From Bacillota bacterium (GTDB lineage Bacteria; Bacillota; Sulfobacillia; JAJZYS01; JAJYTV01): a stretch of 64,000 nucleotides of DNA. Numbering within the stretch: position 1 is the stretch's first letter; each line of letters starts with the position of its first letter. The DNA lies in assembly GCA_021799275.1 (NCBI GenBank), contig JAJZAT010000002.1, forward strand, positions 1,293 through 65,292. The letters are read 5' to 3'. Below the pieces are notes generated by a model. That model ran no database searches. It was not told the origin of the DNA and worked only from the letters and a program-made list of their open reading frames with translations. The position numbers and the translations under genes were made by a program. Positions 37,329 to 46,296 of this stretch are shown here, one piece after another.

Positions 37329-37356
37329 ATCATATGTAGGAGGATGGGCACTATGA
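37329..37356 (-). promoter_or_regulatory. Candidate sigma-E-type (mother-cell) promoter upstream of spoIVA
   Basis: Minus strand: TCATAGT, 13 nt, CATATGAT, against the sigma-E consensus kmATATT-14-CATACAhT. About 76 nt upstream of the start. Confidence 0.3.
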
Positions 37357-37417
37357 CCGCATGGCCCGCGAACCGCGTCGAGCGCAGGCGTGCGCGGCCC
37401 AGACTATGCCGCCGGGT

Positions 37418-38407
37418 TCACCAGCGTTCCTCGTCCTTGAACGCCCGGGCGAGGAGCATCTCGATCTCCTCGCCCGCGTCCGCGTCCTCGAAGAGCAGCC
37501 TCGAGAGCGCCGACGCGATCGGCAGGTCCTGCCCGTGGTGACGGGCCAGCTCGACCGCCGCCCTGGTGGCGGGCACACCCTCCACCACCATCGGCGACGA
37601 CCCGAGGACGTCTTCGAGCGGCGTTCCCCGACCGAGGGCGATGCCCGCCCTGCGGTTGCGGCTGTGCGGGCTCATCACGGTGGCCAGGAGGTCGCCGAGG
37701 CCCGCGAGGCCCGCGAACGTGGCCGCCTGCGCCCCACAGGCGACGCCGAGTCGCGTGATCTCCGCGAGGCCGCGTGTCAGGAGGGCCGCCCGCAGGTTGT
37801 CGCCGAGCCCGAGACCTTCGCTGACGCCGGAGGCGAGGGCCAGCACGTTCTTCAATGCTCCCCCGAGTTCGACGCCCGTACGATCCGGGGATGCGTAGAC
37901 GCGCAGGCCCGGGCCGTGCAAGAGTTCCTGCGCGGCAGCGCGCTGCCGGGCGTCCGGATGCGCCACCACGACCGCCGTCGGCTGACCGGCGGCCACCTCC
38001 TCGGCGTGGCTCGGTCCGCTCAGCGCGACCGCGTCGATGCCCTCCTCCACCAGGATCTCGGACATGCGCAGGAGGCTGCCGAGTTCGAGCCCCTTGGCGG
38101 TGTCGATGACAAGAGGCGGCAGGGCGCTCGGCGCGATCGCGGACACCGCGGCGCGCAGATGCTGGGATGGCACCGCGAGCAGGAGCGCGTCCGCGCCCGC
38201 GAGGGCCCGATCGAGCCCTGCGGTCGGCACCACCGTGTCGGGCAGGAACGCGCCCGGCAGGTAGGGTCGATTCTCGCGTGAGGCGGCGAGTTCCGCGGCG
38301 AACTCCGGACGGCGCGCGCAAAGCGCCACCTCGTGCCCACAGCGCGCCAGGTGCAGCGATAGCGCCGTGCCGAAGCCACCCGCACCGAGGACGACGACTC
38401 GGCTCAC
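37418..38407 (-). CDS. gpsA: NAD(P)H-dependent glycerol-3-phosphate dehydrogenase
   Basis: VVVLGAGGFGTALS, GALKNVLALASG. Confidence 0.9.
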   Translation of the reverse strand: MSRVVVLGAGGFGTALSLHLARCGHEVALCARRPEFAAELAASRENRPYLPGAFLPDTVVPTAGLDRALAGADALLLAVPSQHLRAAVSAIAPSALPPLVIDTAKGLELGSLLRMSEILVEEGIDAVALSGPSHAEEVAAGQPTAVVVAHPDARQRAAAQELLHGPGLRVYASPDRTGVELGGALKNVLALASGVSEGLGLGDNLRAALLTRGLAEITRLGVACGAQAATFAGLAGLGDLLATVMSPHSRNRRAGIALGRGTPLEDVLGSSPMVVEGVPATRAAVELARHHGQDLPIASALSRLLFEDADAGEEIEMLLARAFKDEERW

Positions 38408-38994
38408 CCGTGGCTCCCCAGGCGCTTCTCCTCGTGGCGCAGGAGGCGCTCAATGTTGGGGCGGTGTCGCCAGAGAAGCAGCAGCACCAGGAAGAAGACC
38501 GCAAAACGCAAGGGTGGCGGCAGCGCCGGCACTCCGGCAGCGGCCAGGACGGCCGCGGCGAGAGCCGCGAACATGGAGGAGACGGAAACGATGCGCGTCA
38601 GGGCGATCACCACCCCGAACACGACCAGTGCGCCGAGGACGAGCGGCCAGCCCCAGAAGAGGAGGACGCCGAGGGAGACGGCGACCACCTTGCCTCCCCG
38701 ACCGCGCAGGAAGATCGAGTAGGCGTGCCCGACGGCCGCGGCGGAGCCCGCGAGGGCGCTGCCCAGGGGACCGCCGAGCTTCCAGCCGAGGTAGGCCGCG
38801 AGCATGCCCTTGCCCGCGTCGCCGATCAGAACCAGGGCGGCCCAGTAGGGGCCCATCACGCGCAGGGCGTTGGTGGCGCCGGGGTTGCCAGAACCCTCGT
38901 GCAGGATGTCGCGTCCCTGGCGCTGCGCCGCGAGCACGCTGAAGGGGATCGAACCGAGGAGGTAGCCGACGATGGCGGCAAGCAGCGAGGTCAC
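38404..38994 (-). CDS. plsY: Glycerol-3-phosphate acyltransferase PlsY
   Basis: LLGSIPFSVL...HEGSGNPGATNALRVMG. GTG start overlapping the der stop as GTGA. The track ORF is extended through noise. Confidence 0.85.
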   Translation of the reverse strand: MTSLLAAIVGYLLGSIPFSVLAAQRQGRDILHEGSGNPGATNALRVMGPYWAALVLIGDAGKGMLAAYLGWKLGGPLGSALAGSAAAVGHAYSIFLRGRGGKVVAVSLGVLLFWGWPLVLGALVVFGVVIALTRIVSVSSMFAALAAAVLAAAGVPALPPPLRFAVFFLVLLLLWRHRPNIERLLRHEEKRLGSHG

Positions 38995-40346
38995 CGTGGT
39001 CGTCCTCCCCTCCTGCGCAGGGTGATGCGGAGCGGCGCGAGGTGCAGATCGAAGGCCTGGCGCAGCCGGTTTTCGATGAAACGCTGGTACGAGAAGTGAC
39101 AGAGCGCCGGATCGTTGACAAACAGGATGACGTGCGGCGGACGCCTGCCCACCTGCGTCGCGTACAGCACCTTGAGTTGGCGGCCCTTCACCGAGGGCGG
39201 GGGCTGCTGGTAGACCGCCTCCTCGATCTCGCGGTTGAGCTGCGCCGTCGGCATGCGCAGGTCGATCTGCAGGCCGACACGGCCGATTTCGGCGAACAGC
39301 CTGTCCACGTGCAGGCCTGTGAGGCCCGACAGGAAGACGATTGGGGCGTAGTCGGCGGCCGGTAGCTGGCGCCGCAATTCCGAGAGTAGCGCGTCGGCCT
39401 CCTTCGGGTCGTGCTCGCGCGCGTCCCACTTGTTGACCCCGATGACGAGTCCGATGCCGGCGTCGCCGGCCAGCTTGACGATGCGCTTGTCCTGCTCCGT
39501 GAGGCCATCGTCGGCCGCGAGCAGCAGCGCCGCCACGTCGGCGCGCGAGATCGCCTTGCGGGCATGCAGACCCGCCAACTCCTCGAGGCGCGCGTCGATG
39601 CGCGCCGGGCGCCTGAGGCCTGCCGTATCGATGAGAAGGAAGGACCGCCCCCCCACCTCCACCTCGACGTCGACCGCGTCGGTGGTGGTGCCGGGAATGT
39701 CCGAGACCGTCATGCGCTGCTTGCCGAGCGCCCGGTTGACGAGCGTCGACTTGCCGGCGTTCGGCCGGCCGACGATCGCGACCCGCAGAGGCTGCTCAGC
39801 CTGGTCCTCGTCGTCTTCCGGAGACTGGCCGGGCTGCATGTCGAGCCGCTCGATGATGGCGTCCAGAAGATCGCCCGTGCCGTGCCCGTGGGCGGCCGAG
39901 ACGAAATACGGCTCGCCGAGGCCGAGCCGGTAGACGTCGCTCGCGTCGAGGTTGCGGCTCTCGGCCTTGTTGGCGACCAGCAGCACAGGCTTGCCCAGGC
40001 GGCGCATACGGCGCGCCACCTCCTCGTCCTCGGCTGTCAGCGGCAGGCGGGCGTCGACGACGAACAGCACCAGGTCGGCCTCGGCGATCGCCTCCTCGAC
40101 CTGGCGGGCGATCTCCTGCCAGAAGCGATCCTCGTCCGAGAGACCGCCGGTGTCGACGAGAAGGAAGCTGCGTGCGCGCCAGGTGCACGGAGCGTAGATG
40201 CGGTCGCGGGTGACGCCCGCGGTCTGCTCGACCAGGGCCACCTGGCGCTGCGCGAGTCGATTCATCAGGGAGGACTTGCCCACGTTCGGCCGGCCGACGA
40301 TCGCGACGACCGGTAGATCCTGCTCGTTTACCATGCTGACGTGCAT
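38991..40346 (-). CDS. der: Ribosome-biogenesis GTPase Der (EngA), tandem GTPase domains plus KH-like domain
   Basis: Two G1 motifs, GRPNVGKSSL and GRPNAGKSTL, with DTGGL and DTAGL. Confidence 0.9.
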   Translation of the reverse strand: MHVSMVNEQDLPVVAIVGRPNVGKSSLMNRLAQRQVALVEQTAGVTRDRIYAPCTWRARSFLLVDTGGLSDEDRFWQEIARQVEEAIAEADLVLFVVDARLPLTAEDEEVARRMRRLGKPVLLVANKAESRNLDASDVYRLGLGEPYFVSAAHGHGTGDLLDAIIERLDMQPGQSPEDDEDQAEQPLRVAIVGRPNAGKSTLVNRALGKQRMTVSDIPGTTTDAVDVEVEVGGRSFLLIDTAGLRRPARIDARLEELAGLHARKAISRADVAALLLAADDGLTEQDKRIVKLAGDAGIGLVIGVNKWDAREHDPKEADALLSELRRQLPAADYAPIVFLSGLTGLHVDRLFAEIGRVGLQIDLRMPTAQLNREIEEAVYQQPPPSVKGRQLKVLYATQVGRRPPHVILFVNDPALCHFSYQRFIENRLRQAFDLHLAPLRITLRRRGGRPR

Positions 40347-40371
40347 TCGCTCTCGATGGCCACGAATCCCC

Positions 40372-40572
40372 CTATACCGGGATCAGGAGCCACGTTCCGT
40401 CGTGCAGGTCGTGGACCGCCACACCGGTGATGCGGGCAATCCACATCGCGATGTGCTCCTGCTCCTGTTGTGTCTTCACGTAGAACACCGGCGAGACCCC
40501 GCCCTGCACCTCCTGCGGTGACTTGAGGGTGACGATCGCGTAGATGCTGCCGCTTTCAGGAAGACCGGCCAT
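40372..40572 (-). CDS. Small protein resembling the capping-complex subunit for YIEGIA
   Basis: 66 aa, directly upstream of and co-directional with the YIEGIA-family gene. The pattern (IYAIVT...VSPVFYV.T.QE...IA..IA...) resembles that family. Assigned from memory, not searched. Confidence 0.45.
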   Translation of the reverse strand: MAGLPESGSIYAIVTLKSPQEVQGGVSPVFYVKTQQEQEHIAMWIARITGVAVHDLHDGTWLLIPV

Positions 40573-40578
40573 GGCTGC

Positions 40579-41535
40579 CTACTTCCCCCCCTCGTGGCTG
40601 CGCTGCCACCCAATCAAGGCTGGCGAGTGCACCGAGTGGGCCTTCGCAGTCTCGAGCAGTGGCGTACGCCGGACGGCCTCCAGGATGCGGTCGGGATCGT
40701 TCGCCACCGGCAGGAGGCAGATGCCCGCCTTGCCGGTGCCCTCCGGCAGGTCCATGCGGCAGATCGGGATGCGCTCGCCGTAGCCGATGTCGGTCTTCGT
40801 GCCGATGATCTCGTAGAGGTTGTAGACGATGGCCTGGCGCTGGCCGAGGTCCCAGATCGCCCCGGCGCCGCGGGGCGTCGTCGGCGTCAGGACGATGCCC
40901 ACACCGTCCTTGGCGTAGCGCTCGCGCGCCTTCGGCAGGCCTACCTCCATGAGCATGACGGGTCCCGCGTAGAGGAGCGAGCCCTCCTTGAACGTCAGCG
41001 GCACGAGCTCCGCCGTGCAGACGTCGCCCAGTTCCGGCCCGCTCTTGACGAAATAGGCGACGATGATGGCGAGGATGCCGACACCGCCGCCCACGACCCA
41101 TGGCCAGAAGTCCCCGAACTCCGTCCTCGCCAGGCTCGCCGCAAGGGCCGTGACCACGGCGACGCCCATGACGAGGTAGTTGCGCTCCTCGAACTCCTGC
41201 GCGATGCCCTGGATGTAGCTCGAGCCCCGCTGCACCAGCGTCAGCTGTTCGATCGACTCGAGCTTCGAGACCTCCACCTTGCGCAGGCCGGTGAACTGGG
41301 TTGCGGCCAGGACGAGGAAGGTGGCCGCCTGGTACTCCTTGGCGACCAGCGCAGGGAAGAATGCGCCGCCGATCACGGCGGCGAAGAACGCGACCGTGAT
41401 CTGCCCCACGGTGCCTGCGGGATAGCCCGGATAGTGGCGATAGTCCTTGCGCAACAGGATCAGGCGGACGACGACGCCGAAGCCGATGCCGAGCCCGATC
41501 GATATCCAGTCGACGGGCGGTCCCTGACTGCTCAT
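40579..41535 (-). CDS. YIEGIA-family membrane protein (SeaA/YphB-like, sporulation envelope-associated)
   Basis: Contains the SSYIQGIAQEFEERNYLV variant of the eponymous YIEGIA motif. Multiple TM helices. Positioned between rpsA and der as in Bacillus. ATG at 41535 overlaps the upstream stop as ATGA. The track ORF is extended. Confidence 0.7.
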   Translation of the reverse strand: MSSQGPPVDWISIGLGIGFGVVVRLILLRKDYRHYPGYPAGTVGQITVAFFAAVIGGAFFPALVAKEYQAATFLVLAATQFTGLRKVEVSKLESIEQLTLVQRGSSYIQGIAQEFEERNYLVMGVAVVTALAASLARTEFGDFWPWVVGGGVGILAIIVAYFVKSGPELGDVCTAELVPLTFKEGSLLYAGPVMLMEVGLPKARERYAKDGVGIVLTPTTPRGAGAIWDLGQRQAIVYNLYEIIGTKTDIGYGERIPICRMDLPEGTGKAGICLLPVANDPDRILEAVRRTPLLETAKAHSVHSPALIGWQRSHEGGK

Positions 41536-42146
41536 CGCGCAAGCCTCCCGCGCAGGGCCCAGGCCTTGTCGATCAGCAGCGACAGGACCGCCGCCGCGAC
41601 GGCGGCCGTGGCCGCCACCTGGAAGAACTGCTCCGTATTCGGTGCGAAGGTCGCGGGTCCGTCGAACGAGTGACCGAGCGTCAGGTGCCCGATCAGCCCG
41701 CCGACCAGGGCCGTGGCGGGTGCCGTGAGGCCGGGGGACGTGGCCGCGGCCAGAAGACCGATGCCAAGGCCGGCCGTCGCGACGGGATCGAGTCCAGAAG
41801 CGACAGCCGCTGGCCAGGAGAGGACCATCACGGCCGCCGTGGCGAGGGACGCCGCGACGGTGAGACTCGAGAGCTTCTGCCACGCCACGGCGACGGTCGT
41901 GAGAACGAGCGCCCCCAAGGCCGCCCAGGTCAGGGCGGGCCAGAAGTCCGCAAGCAGGTGCAGTCCGATCGTCACCCCGAGCAGTCCGGAAAGCAGCCGG
42001 CGACCGAGGGACGGCTCGCGGCCGAAGCCGCCTAGAAGGAGCAAGGCCGTTGCCCAAAGGAGCCACGATCCGATTGGCAAGGACATCACCCGAAGGACAA
42101 TTTCCCCCCCGCAGCCGTCGCGCATGCAGACCGAGCGGCGAACCAC
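41532..42146 (-). CDS. Polytopic membrane protein (YphA-like position); start uncertain (42146, 42125 or 42086)
   Basis: Hydrophobic, 5-6 predicted TM helices. Synteny with B. subtilis yphA upstream of seaA. Confidence 0.5.
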   Translation of the reverse strand: MVRRSVCMRDGCGGEIVLRVMSLPIGSWLLWATALLLLGGFGREPSLGRRLLSGLLGVTIGLHLLADFWPALTWAALGALVLTTVAVAWQKLSSLTVAASLATAAVMVLSWPAAVASGLDPVATAGLGIGLLAAATSPGLTAPATALVGGLIGHLTLGHSFDGPATFAPNTEQFFQVAATAAVAAAVLSLLIDKAWALRGRLAR

Positions 42147-42322
42147 ATGCTCGCCAAATGGGAAACGGCGCTACGGGGGAGCGCCGCGTCGGGGGCCTTT
42201 CCTGTCTCCTAGTGCGCCTTGCCGATCACGTATGGTTCCACGGCGGGCGGTGACAAACGCCGCTGCTTGAACCGAGCAAACATAAAGAGCGGCGGACCGA
42301 AGTCCGCCGCCCAGAGGATTCG

Positions 42323-43651
42323 CTAGTCGAGCAGGCCCTTGAAGTCGTCGCCCACGATGTCCCCGATCGTCGCACCGCCGCCGTCGCTGGTCTCGGTCTC
42401 GGCATACGGGTCGCGCTTCTGCGACTGGTAGCCGCCCGCTTCGCGCAGGCTCAGGGAGACGCGGCGCTCGACCGGGTCGACGCGCAGCACCTTGACCTCG
42501 ACCTCCTCGCCCACGGCGACCACTTCGCCCGGACGGGTGACGTGATGGTCCGCAAGCTGGCTGATGTGGACGAGGCCGTCCACGCCCGGCTCGAGCTCAA
42601 CGAACGCACCGAAGGTGGCGAGACGCACCACCTTGCCGCGCACGATCGCTCCGATGGGATAGCGCTGCTCCACCGTGTCCCACGGGTTCTCGAGCACCTG
42701 CTTGTAGCCGAGCGAGATGCGGCCGCGCTCGCGGTCGAGGCGCAGCACCTTGACATCGATCTCCTGGCCGTCGTGCAGCACCTCGGAGGGGTGCTGGATG
42801 CGACCCCACGACATCTCGGAGACGTGCAACAGGCCGTCGACGCCCCCGAGGTCGATGAACGCGCCGAAGTCCGTGAGGGACTTGACGGTGCCGTGCAGCA
42901 CCTGGCCCTCCTCGATGCTCTCCCAGATGCGCTCGCGGTTCTGCTTGCGCTCCTCTTCGAGCACGACCTTGCGCGACAGGATCACCCGGTGCTTCGTGCG
43001 ATCGAGCTCGATGATCTTGACGCGCAGCGTCTGCCCCACGTACGGCTGCAATTCCTGGGCGTAGCCACGCTCCACCTGGGAAGCCGGGATGAAGCCGCGG
43101 GCGCCGATATCGGCGACGAGTCCGCCCTTGACCGCTTCGGATACGGGCGCCTCGATCACGTTGCCCGCCTCGTAGGCGGCAACGAGATCCTCCCAGACCT
43201 TGGCCTCGTCGGCGCGCCGCTTGGAAAGCCTCAGGCTCCCCTCCTCGCCCTCGACCGACAGCACCATGGCGTCGATCTCCTCGTCGAGGCCGGCGACGTC
43301 GCCTGCGGACTGGACGCGACGGTAGGTGAGCTCGCTCAGCGGGATCACGCCCTCGGACTTGTAGCCGACGTCGACGAGAACGTGGTCGTCCGCCACCTGG
43401 ACGATCTTGCCGTGCAGAATATCGCCCGGGCGCGGCTGCGCCACGCCTTCGCTGTAATCGACGCGTTCCTCGGTACCCGTCGCGTCGGCTGCCGCCTCGA
43501 CAGGTGCCTCGGTCGGCTCCGGCTGCGGCTCCGGTTGCGGCTCCGGCGTCTGCGCCGCGGTGGATTCCGGCGTCGCCTCCTGGGGCTCGCTCTGCTCGGC
43601 CTGAGGCTCCTCAGGCGCGATGTCGTGATCCGGGTGCAGCTGGTCCTCCAC
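42323..43651 (-). CDS. rpsA: 30S ribosomal protein S1 homologue (four S1 domains) with acidic Pro/Glu-rich N-terminal extension
   Basis: Four repeats of the S1 fold (for example GKIVQVADDHVLVDVGYKSEGVIP, GTVKSLTDFGAFIDLGGVDGLLHVSE, GKVVRLATFGAFVEL..GVDGLVHIS). GTG at 43651 with SD AAAGGAGG 7 nt upstream. Confidence 0.85.
   Translation of the reverse strand: MEDQLHPDHDIAPEEPQAEQSEPQEATPESTAAQTPEPQPEPQPEPTEAPVEAAADATGTEERVDYSEGVAQPRPGDILHGKIVQVADDHVLVDVGYKSEGVIPLSELTYRRVQSAGDVAGLDEEIDAMVLSVEGEEGSLRLSKRRADEAKVWEDLVAAYEAGNVIEAPVSEAVKGGLVADIGARGFIPASQVERGYAQELQPYVGQTLRVKIIELDRTKHRVILSRKVVLEEERKQNRERIWESIEEGQVLHGTVKSLTDFGAFIDLGGVDGLLHVSEMSWGRIQHPSEVLHDGQEIDVKVLRLDRERGRISLGYKQVLENPWDTVEQRYPIGAIVRGKVVRLATFGAFVELEPGVDGLVHISQLADHHVTRPGEVVAVGEEVEVKVLRVDPVERRVSLSLREAGGYQSQKRDPYAETETSDGGGATIGDIVGDDFKGLLD
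43470..43570 (-). repeat. Short GC-rich tandem repeat (GGCTCCGGNTGC)n inside the rpsA 5' region, encoding a PEPQPEPQPEPTEAP low-complexity tract
   Basis: Direct repeats ggctccggctgcggctccggttgcggctccggcgtc on the plus strand. Confidence 0.6.
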
Positions 43652-43837
43652 GCGATGACCTCCTTTGTTCACGCGGGTTACATTATCCCCGCGTCCCGCC
43701 GAACGACAGAGAACGGGCCCGATGGCCCGCCGTCCTACCGGCTCTTCACCTGTCGTCAATCGACCGCCGATGGGCAGGCGATCCCCGGTGCATCCGGGGG
43801 CTGGCTCATTCAGCATACCCGCCTGCAAAGAGTACTG

Positions 43838-44464
43838 TCAATCGGACTCCGCCCAGGGAAGACCCTGCCGAAGCTGATCGGGACGGTAGTACAGCCGTGC
43901 GATGGCGCGCATGACGTCGCCCGCTGGATCCTGGCTGCCGGTGAGGTCGAGCGGCTCGCCGAACCGCATGTCCACGCGTCCGAAGAGCCGCCACGGTCCG
44001 CGAATTGCGACGGGCACGACCGCTCCCCCGGCGTGCGCGATGAGGGAGCCAGACCCTGGGCGCGGCTCGCCGAGCCGTCCAGGCGGCTGACGATGACCCT
44101 CGGGAAACAGCCCGACGACCCGACCGGCCCGCAGAAGCCGCAAGGCTTGGCGGACTGCGCTGGCATCGCGCACGTCCCGGTTCACCGGGAAGGCGCCGAT
44201 CGACGGCAGGAGCCAGCCGAGATACGAGAAAAGTTCCTGCTTGGCCATGAAATGCACGTGCCGCCCGACGATCGCCCCGACCGCTGGCGGATCCACCGCG
44301 CTGATGTGGTTGACGCAGAGCAGCACCGGGCCGGTGGCCGGGATGTTCTCGAGGCCTTGCACCCGAACGCGGCAGAGTACCGCGAGCAGGCCGCGCACGG
44401 TGTTCTTGAGCAGTGCGAAGAGCCACGGACGGTACGCCGGCATGGGATCCTGGCTTTTTGGCAT
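43838..44464 (-). CDS. plsC: 1-acyl-sn-glycerol-3-phosphate acyltransferase
   Basis: LLCVNHISAVDP (HX4D acyltransferase motif), FPEGHR. Confidence 0.8.
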   Translation of the reverse strand: MPKSQDPMPAYRPWLFALLKNTVRGLLAVLCRVRVQGLENIPATGPVLLCVNHISAVDPPAVGAIVGRHVHFMAKQELFSYLGWLLPSIGAFPVNRDVRDASAVRQALRLLRAGRVVGLFPEGHRQPPGRLGEPRPGSGSLIAHAGGAVVPVAIRGPWRLFGRVDMRFGEPLDLTGSQDPAGDVMRAIARLYYRPDQLRQGLPWAESD

Positions 44465-45120
44465 CAGGCACCCCGCTCCCGGCAGTAGGTCAGGAGGCGA
44501 TCGACCACCTCGGCGACGCCGAGACCTGTGGTGTCCACGACGATCGCGCCATCCGGCACCTTGAGCGCGCCGACGGCCCGCATCTCGTCCTGTGCATCGC
44601 GGCTCGCCATCTCGCGCTCGACGTCCGCGATGTCGATCCGCACGCCCTGGGCAAGGAGCTCGCGATGGCGCCTGCCTGCCCTGGCCGCGAGCGAAGCTGT
44701 GAGGAAGAACTTGCACTCGGCGTCCGGCAGGACGACGCTCCCCGCGTCGCGGCCATCCATGACGACCCCGCCCTGGCTCGCGATCTCACGCTGGCGGGCG
44801 ACTAGGGATTGGCGCACGGAGGGATGCGCCGCCACCTGCGAGACCATGCGGTCGACCGCCGGCTGGCGGATGTCGTCGGCGACGTCCTCGCCGTCCAGCC
44901 GCAGCCTGCCGTGTTCGAGGCGAAGATCCACTTCAGCCAGGAGCCGCCCGAGACCGGCTTCGTCTTCCGCCGAAACGCCGGCCCTCAGGGCCGCGAGCGT
45001 CAAAGCCCTGTACATCGCCCCGGTGTCGAGATAGCCGTAGCCGAGCGCCTGCGCCAGTTCGCGCGCCACGGTCGACTTCCCGGCTCCGGCCGGTCCGTCG
45101 ATGGTGATCCGCAGCCTCAT
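44464..45120 (-). CDS. cmk: Cytidylate kinase
   Basis: ITIDGPAGAGKST P-loop and CMP-binding region. Confidence 0.85.
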   Translation of the reverse strand: MRLRITIDGPAGAGKSTVARELAQALGYGYLDTGAMYRALTLAALRAGVSAEDEAGLGRLLAEVDLRLEHGRLRLDGEDVADDIRQPAVDRMVSQVAAHPSVRQSLVARQREIASQGGVVMDGRDAGSVVLPDAECKFFLTASLAARAGRRHRELLAQGVRIDIADVEREMASRDAQDEMRAVGALKVPDGAIVVDTTGLGVAEVVDRLLTYCRERGA

Positions 45121-45205
45121 GGCCGTCACCCCTCCATTGGCCGATTGCCCCGATGGAGGGCCCGGCCTTGGGTATCGAAACGATAGCAGAAACCCCACGT
45201 CCGGA

Positions 45206-45733
45206 TCAACGGCGGCGCAGCCGCAGCCAGAAGAAGGCTACGACGATCACGACGGCCAGGAGGCCGAGGAGCAGGTTGTAATGGCTCAGCAGCGGCTCGA
45301 TCCGAGGCAGTGTCGCCGCGAAGCGCACGCCGATCCAGATCAGGAACGCCGTCCAGGGCAGGGCGCCCAAGAACGTGAAGACGGTGAACGAGCCCGCGTT
45401 CATGCGGGCGAAGCCTGCTGGCCAGGAGATGAAGGTGCGCAGGAGCGGCAGGAATCGCCCGAAAAACACCGTCCATGGTCCGAAGCGGTCGAACCAGCGC
45501 TCGGCATGGCCGAGCGAACGCTCGTCCAGGAACACCCAGCGCCCGTAGCGCAGCGCCAGGGGCCGACCGCCGTAGTAGCCGATGGCGTAGCCGATCCAGC
45601 TGCCGACGGTCTGCATCGCCGCCATGAGCACCACCCCTGGCCAGAAGCCGAAGGCGCCTCTCGCGACCAGGACGCCGAACACCGGCAGGATGATCTCGGA
45701 CGGCACGGGAATGCCGAGACTCTCCAGGATCAT
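45206..45733 (-). CDS. DedA/SNARE-associated family membrane protein (N-terminus may extend upstream)
   Basis: LESLGIPVPSEIILPVFG and GRFLPLLRTFISWPAGFARM are DedA hallmarks. Confidence 0.7.
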   Translation of the reverse strand: MILESLGIPVPSEIILPVFGVLVARGAFGFWPGVVLMAAMQTVGSWIGYAIGYYGGRPLALRYGRWVFLDERSLGHAERWFDRFGPWTVFFGRFLPLLRTFISWPAGFARMNAGSFTVFTFLGALPWTAFLIWIGVRFAATLPRIEPLLSHYNLLLGLLAVVIVVAFFWLRLRRR

Positions 45734-45828
45734 GGCGAACGCGAGCCCCAGGGGTCCGAGCTGGTTCCAGATCGATGTGGTGTGCAGTCTCAGCGGCCGG
45801 GGGGCCTACCTCCTCGCTTCGTGGGAAG

Positions 45829-46296
45829 CTACTGTTCGCGCCGGGCGGTCTCCTTCCCTGCTGAGGCCGCCGGCGGGGCAAGGCTGCGGGATACGGTCAG
45901 GACGAGCGCGATGCCCACGCCGATCGCAGCCGCCCAGTAAAGGGTCTCGACACCGATGGCCGCGCCGCTCACATAGTCGCCGCGCAGCAGGGCGTACATG
46001 GCCCGGTAGGCGAGAAGCCCTGGTACCAGTGGTATGAGTCCCGGCATGAGGTAGACGGTGGCCGGGGCACGGCGCACGCGCGCGAGGATCTCGCTCAGGC
46101 CGCCCGCGGCCACGGCCGCCAGCAGGACCTGGGCGATCGCGTGCAGGCCCACGGCGCCGGCGGCGGCGTAGACGAAGCCCGAGAGCAGGCCGGCGAGACC
46201 GGCGAAGAACAGATCCCTTCGCGGCACGCGGATCAGCACCGCGAACGCGAAGGCGCCCATGGCGCCCGAGAGTGCCGAGAGCAGCATCAGGTCCAC
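45829..46296 (-). CDS. Threonine/serine exporter family protein, C-terminal half (ThrE_2/DUF3815)
   Basis: 155-aa, 4-5 TM helices. Overlaps the upstream partner by 10 nt. Confidence 0.65.
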   Translation of the reverse strand: MDLMLLSALSGAMGAFAFAVLIRVPRRDLFFAGLAGLLSGFVYAAAGAVGLHAIAQVLLAAVAAGGLSEILARVRRAPATVYLMPGLIPLVPGLLAYRAMYALLRGDYVSGAAIGVETLYWAAAIGVGIALVLTVSRSLAPPAASAGKETARREQ

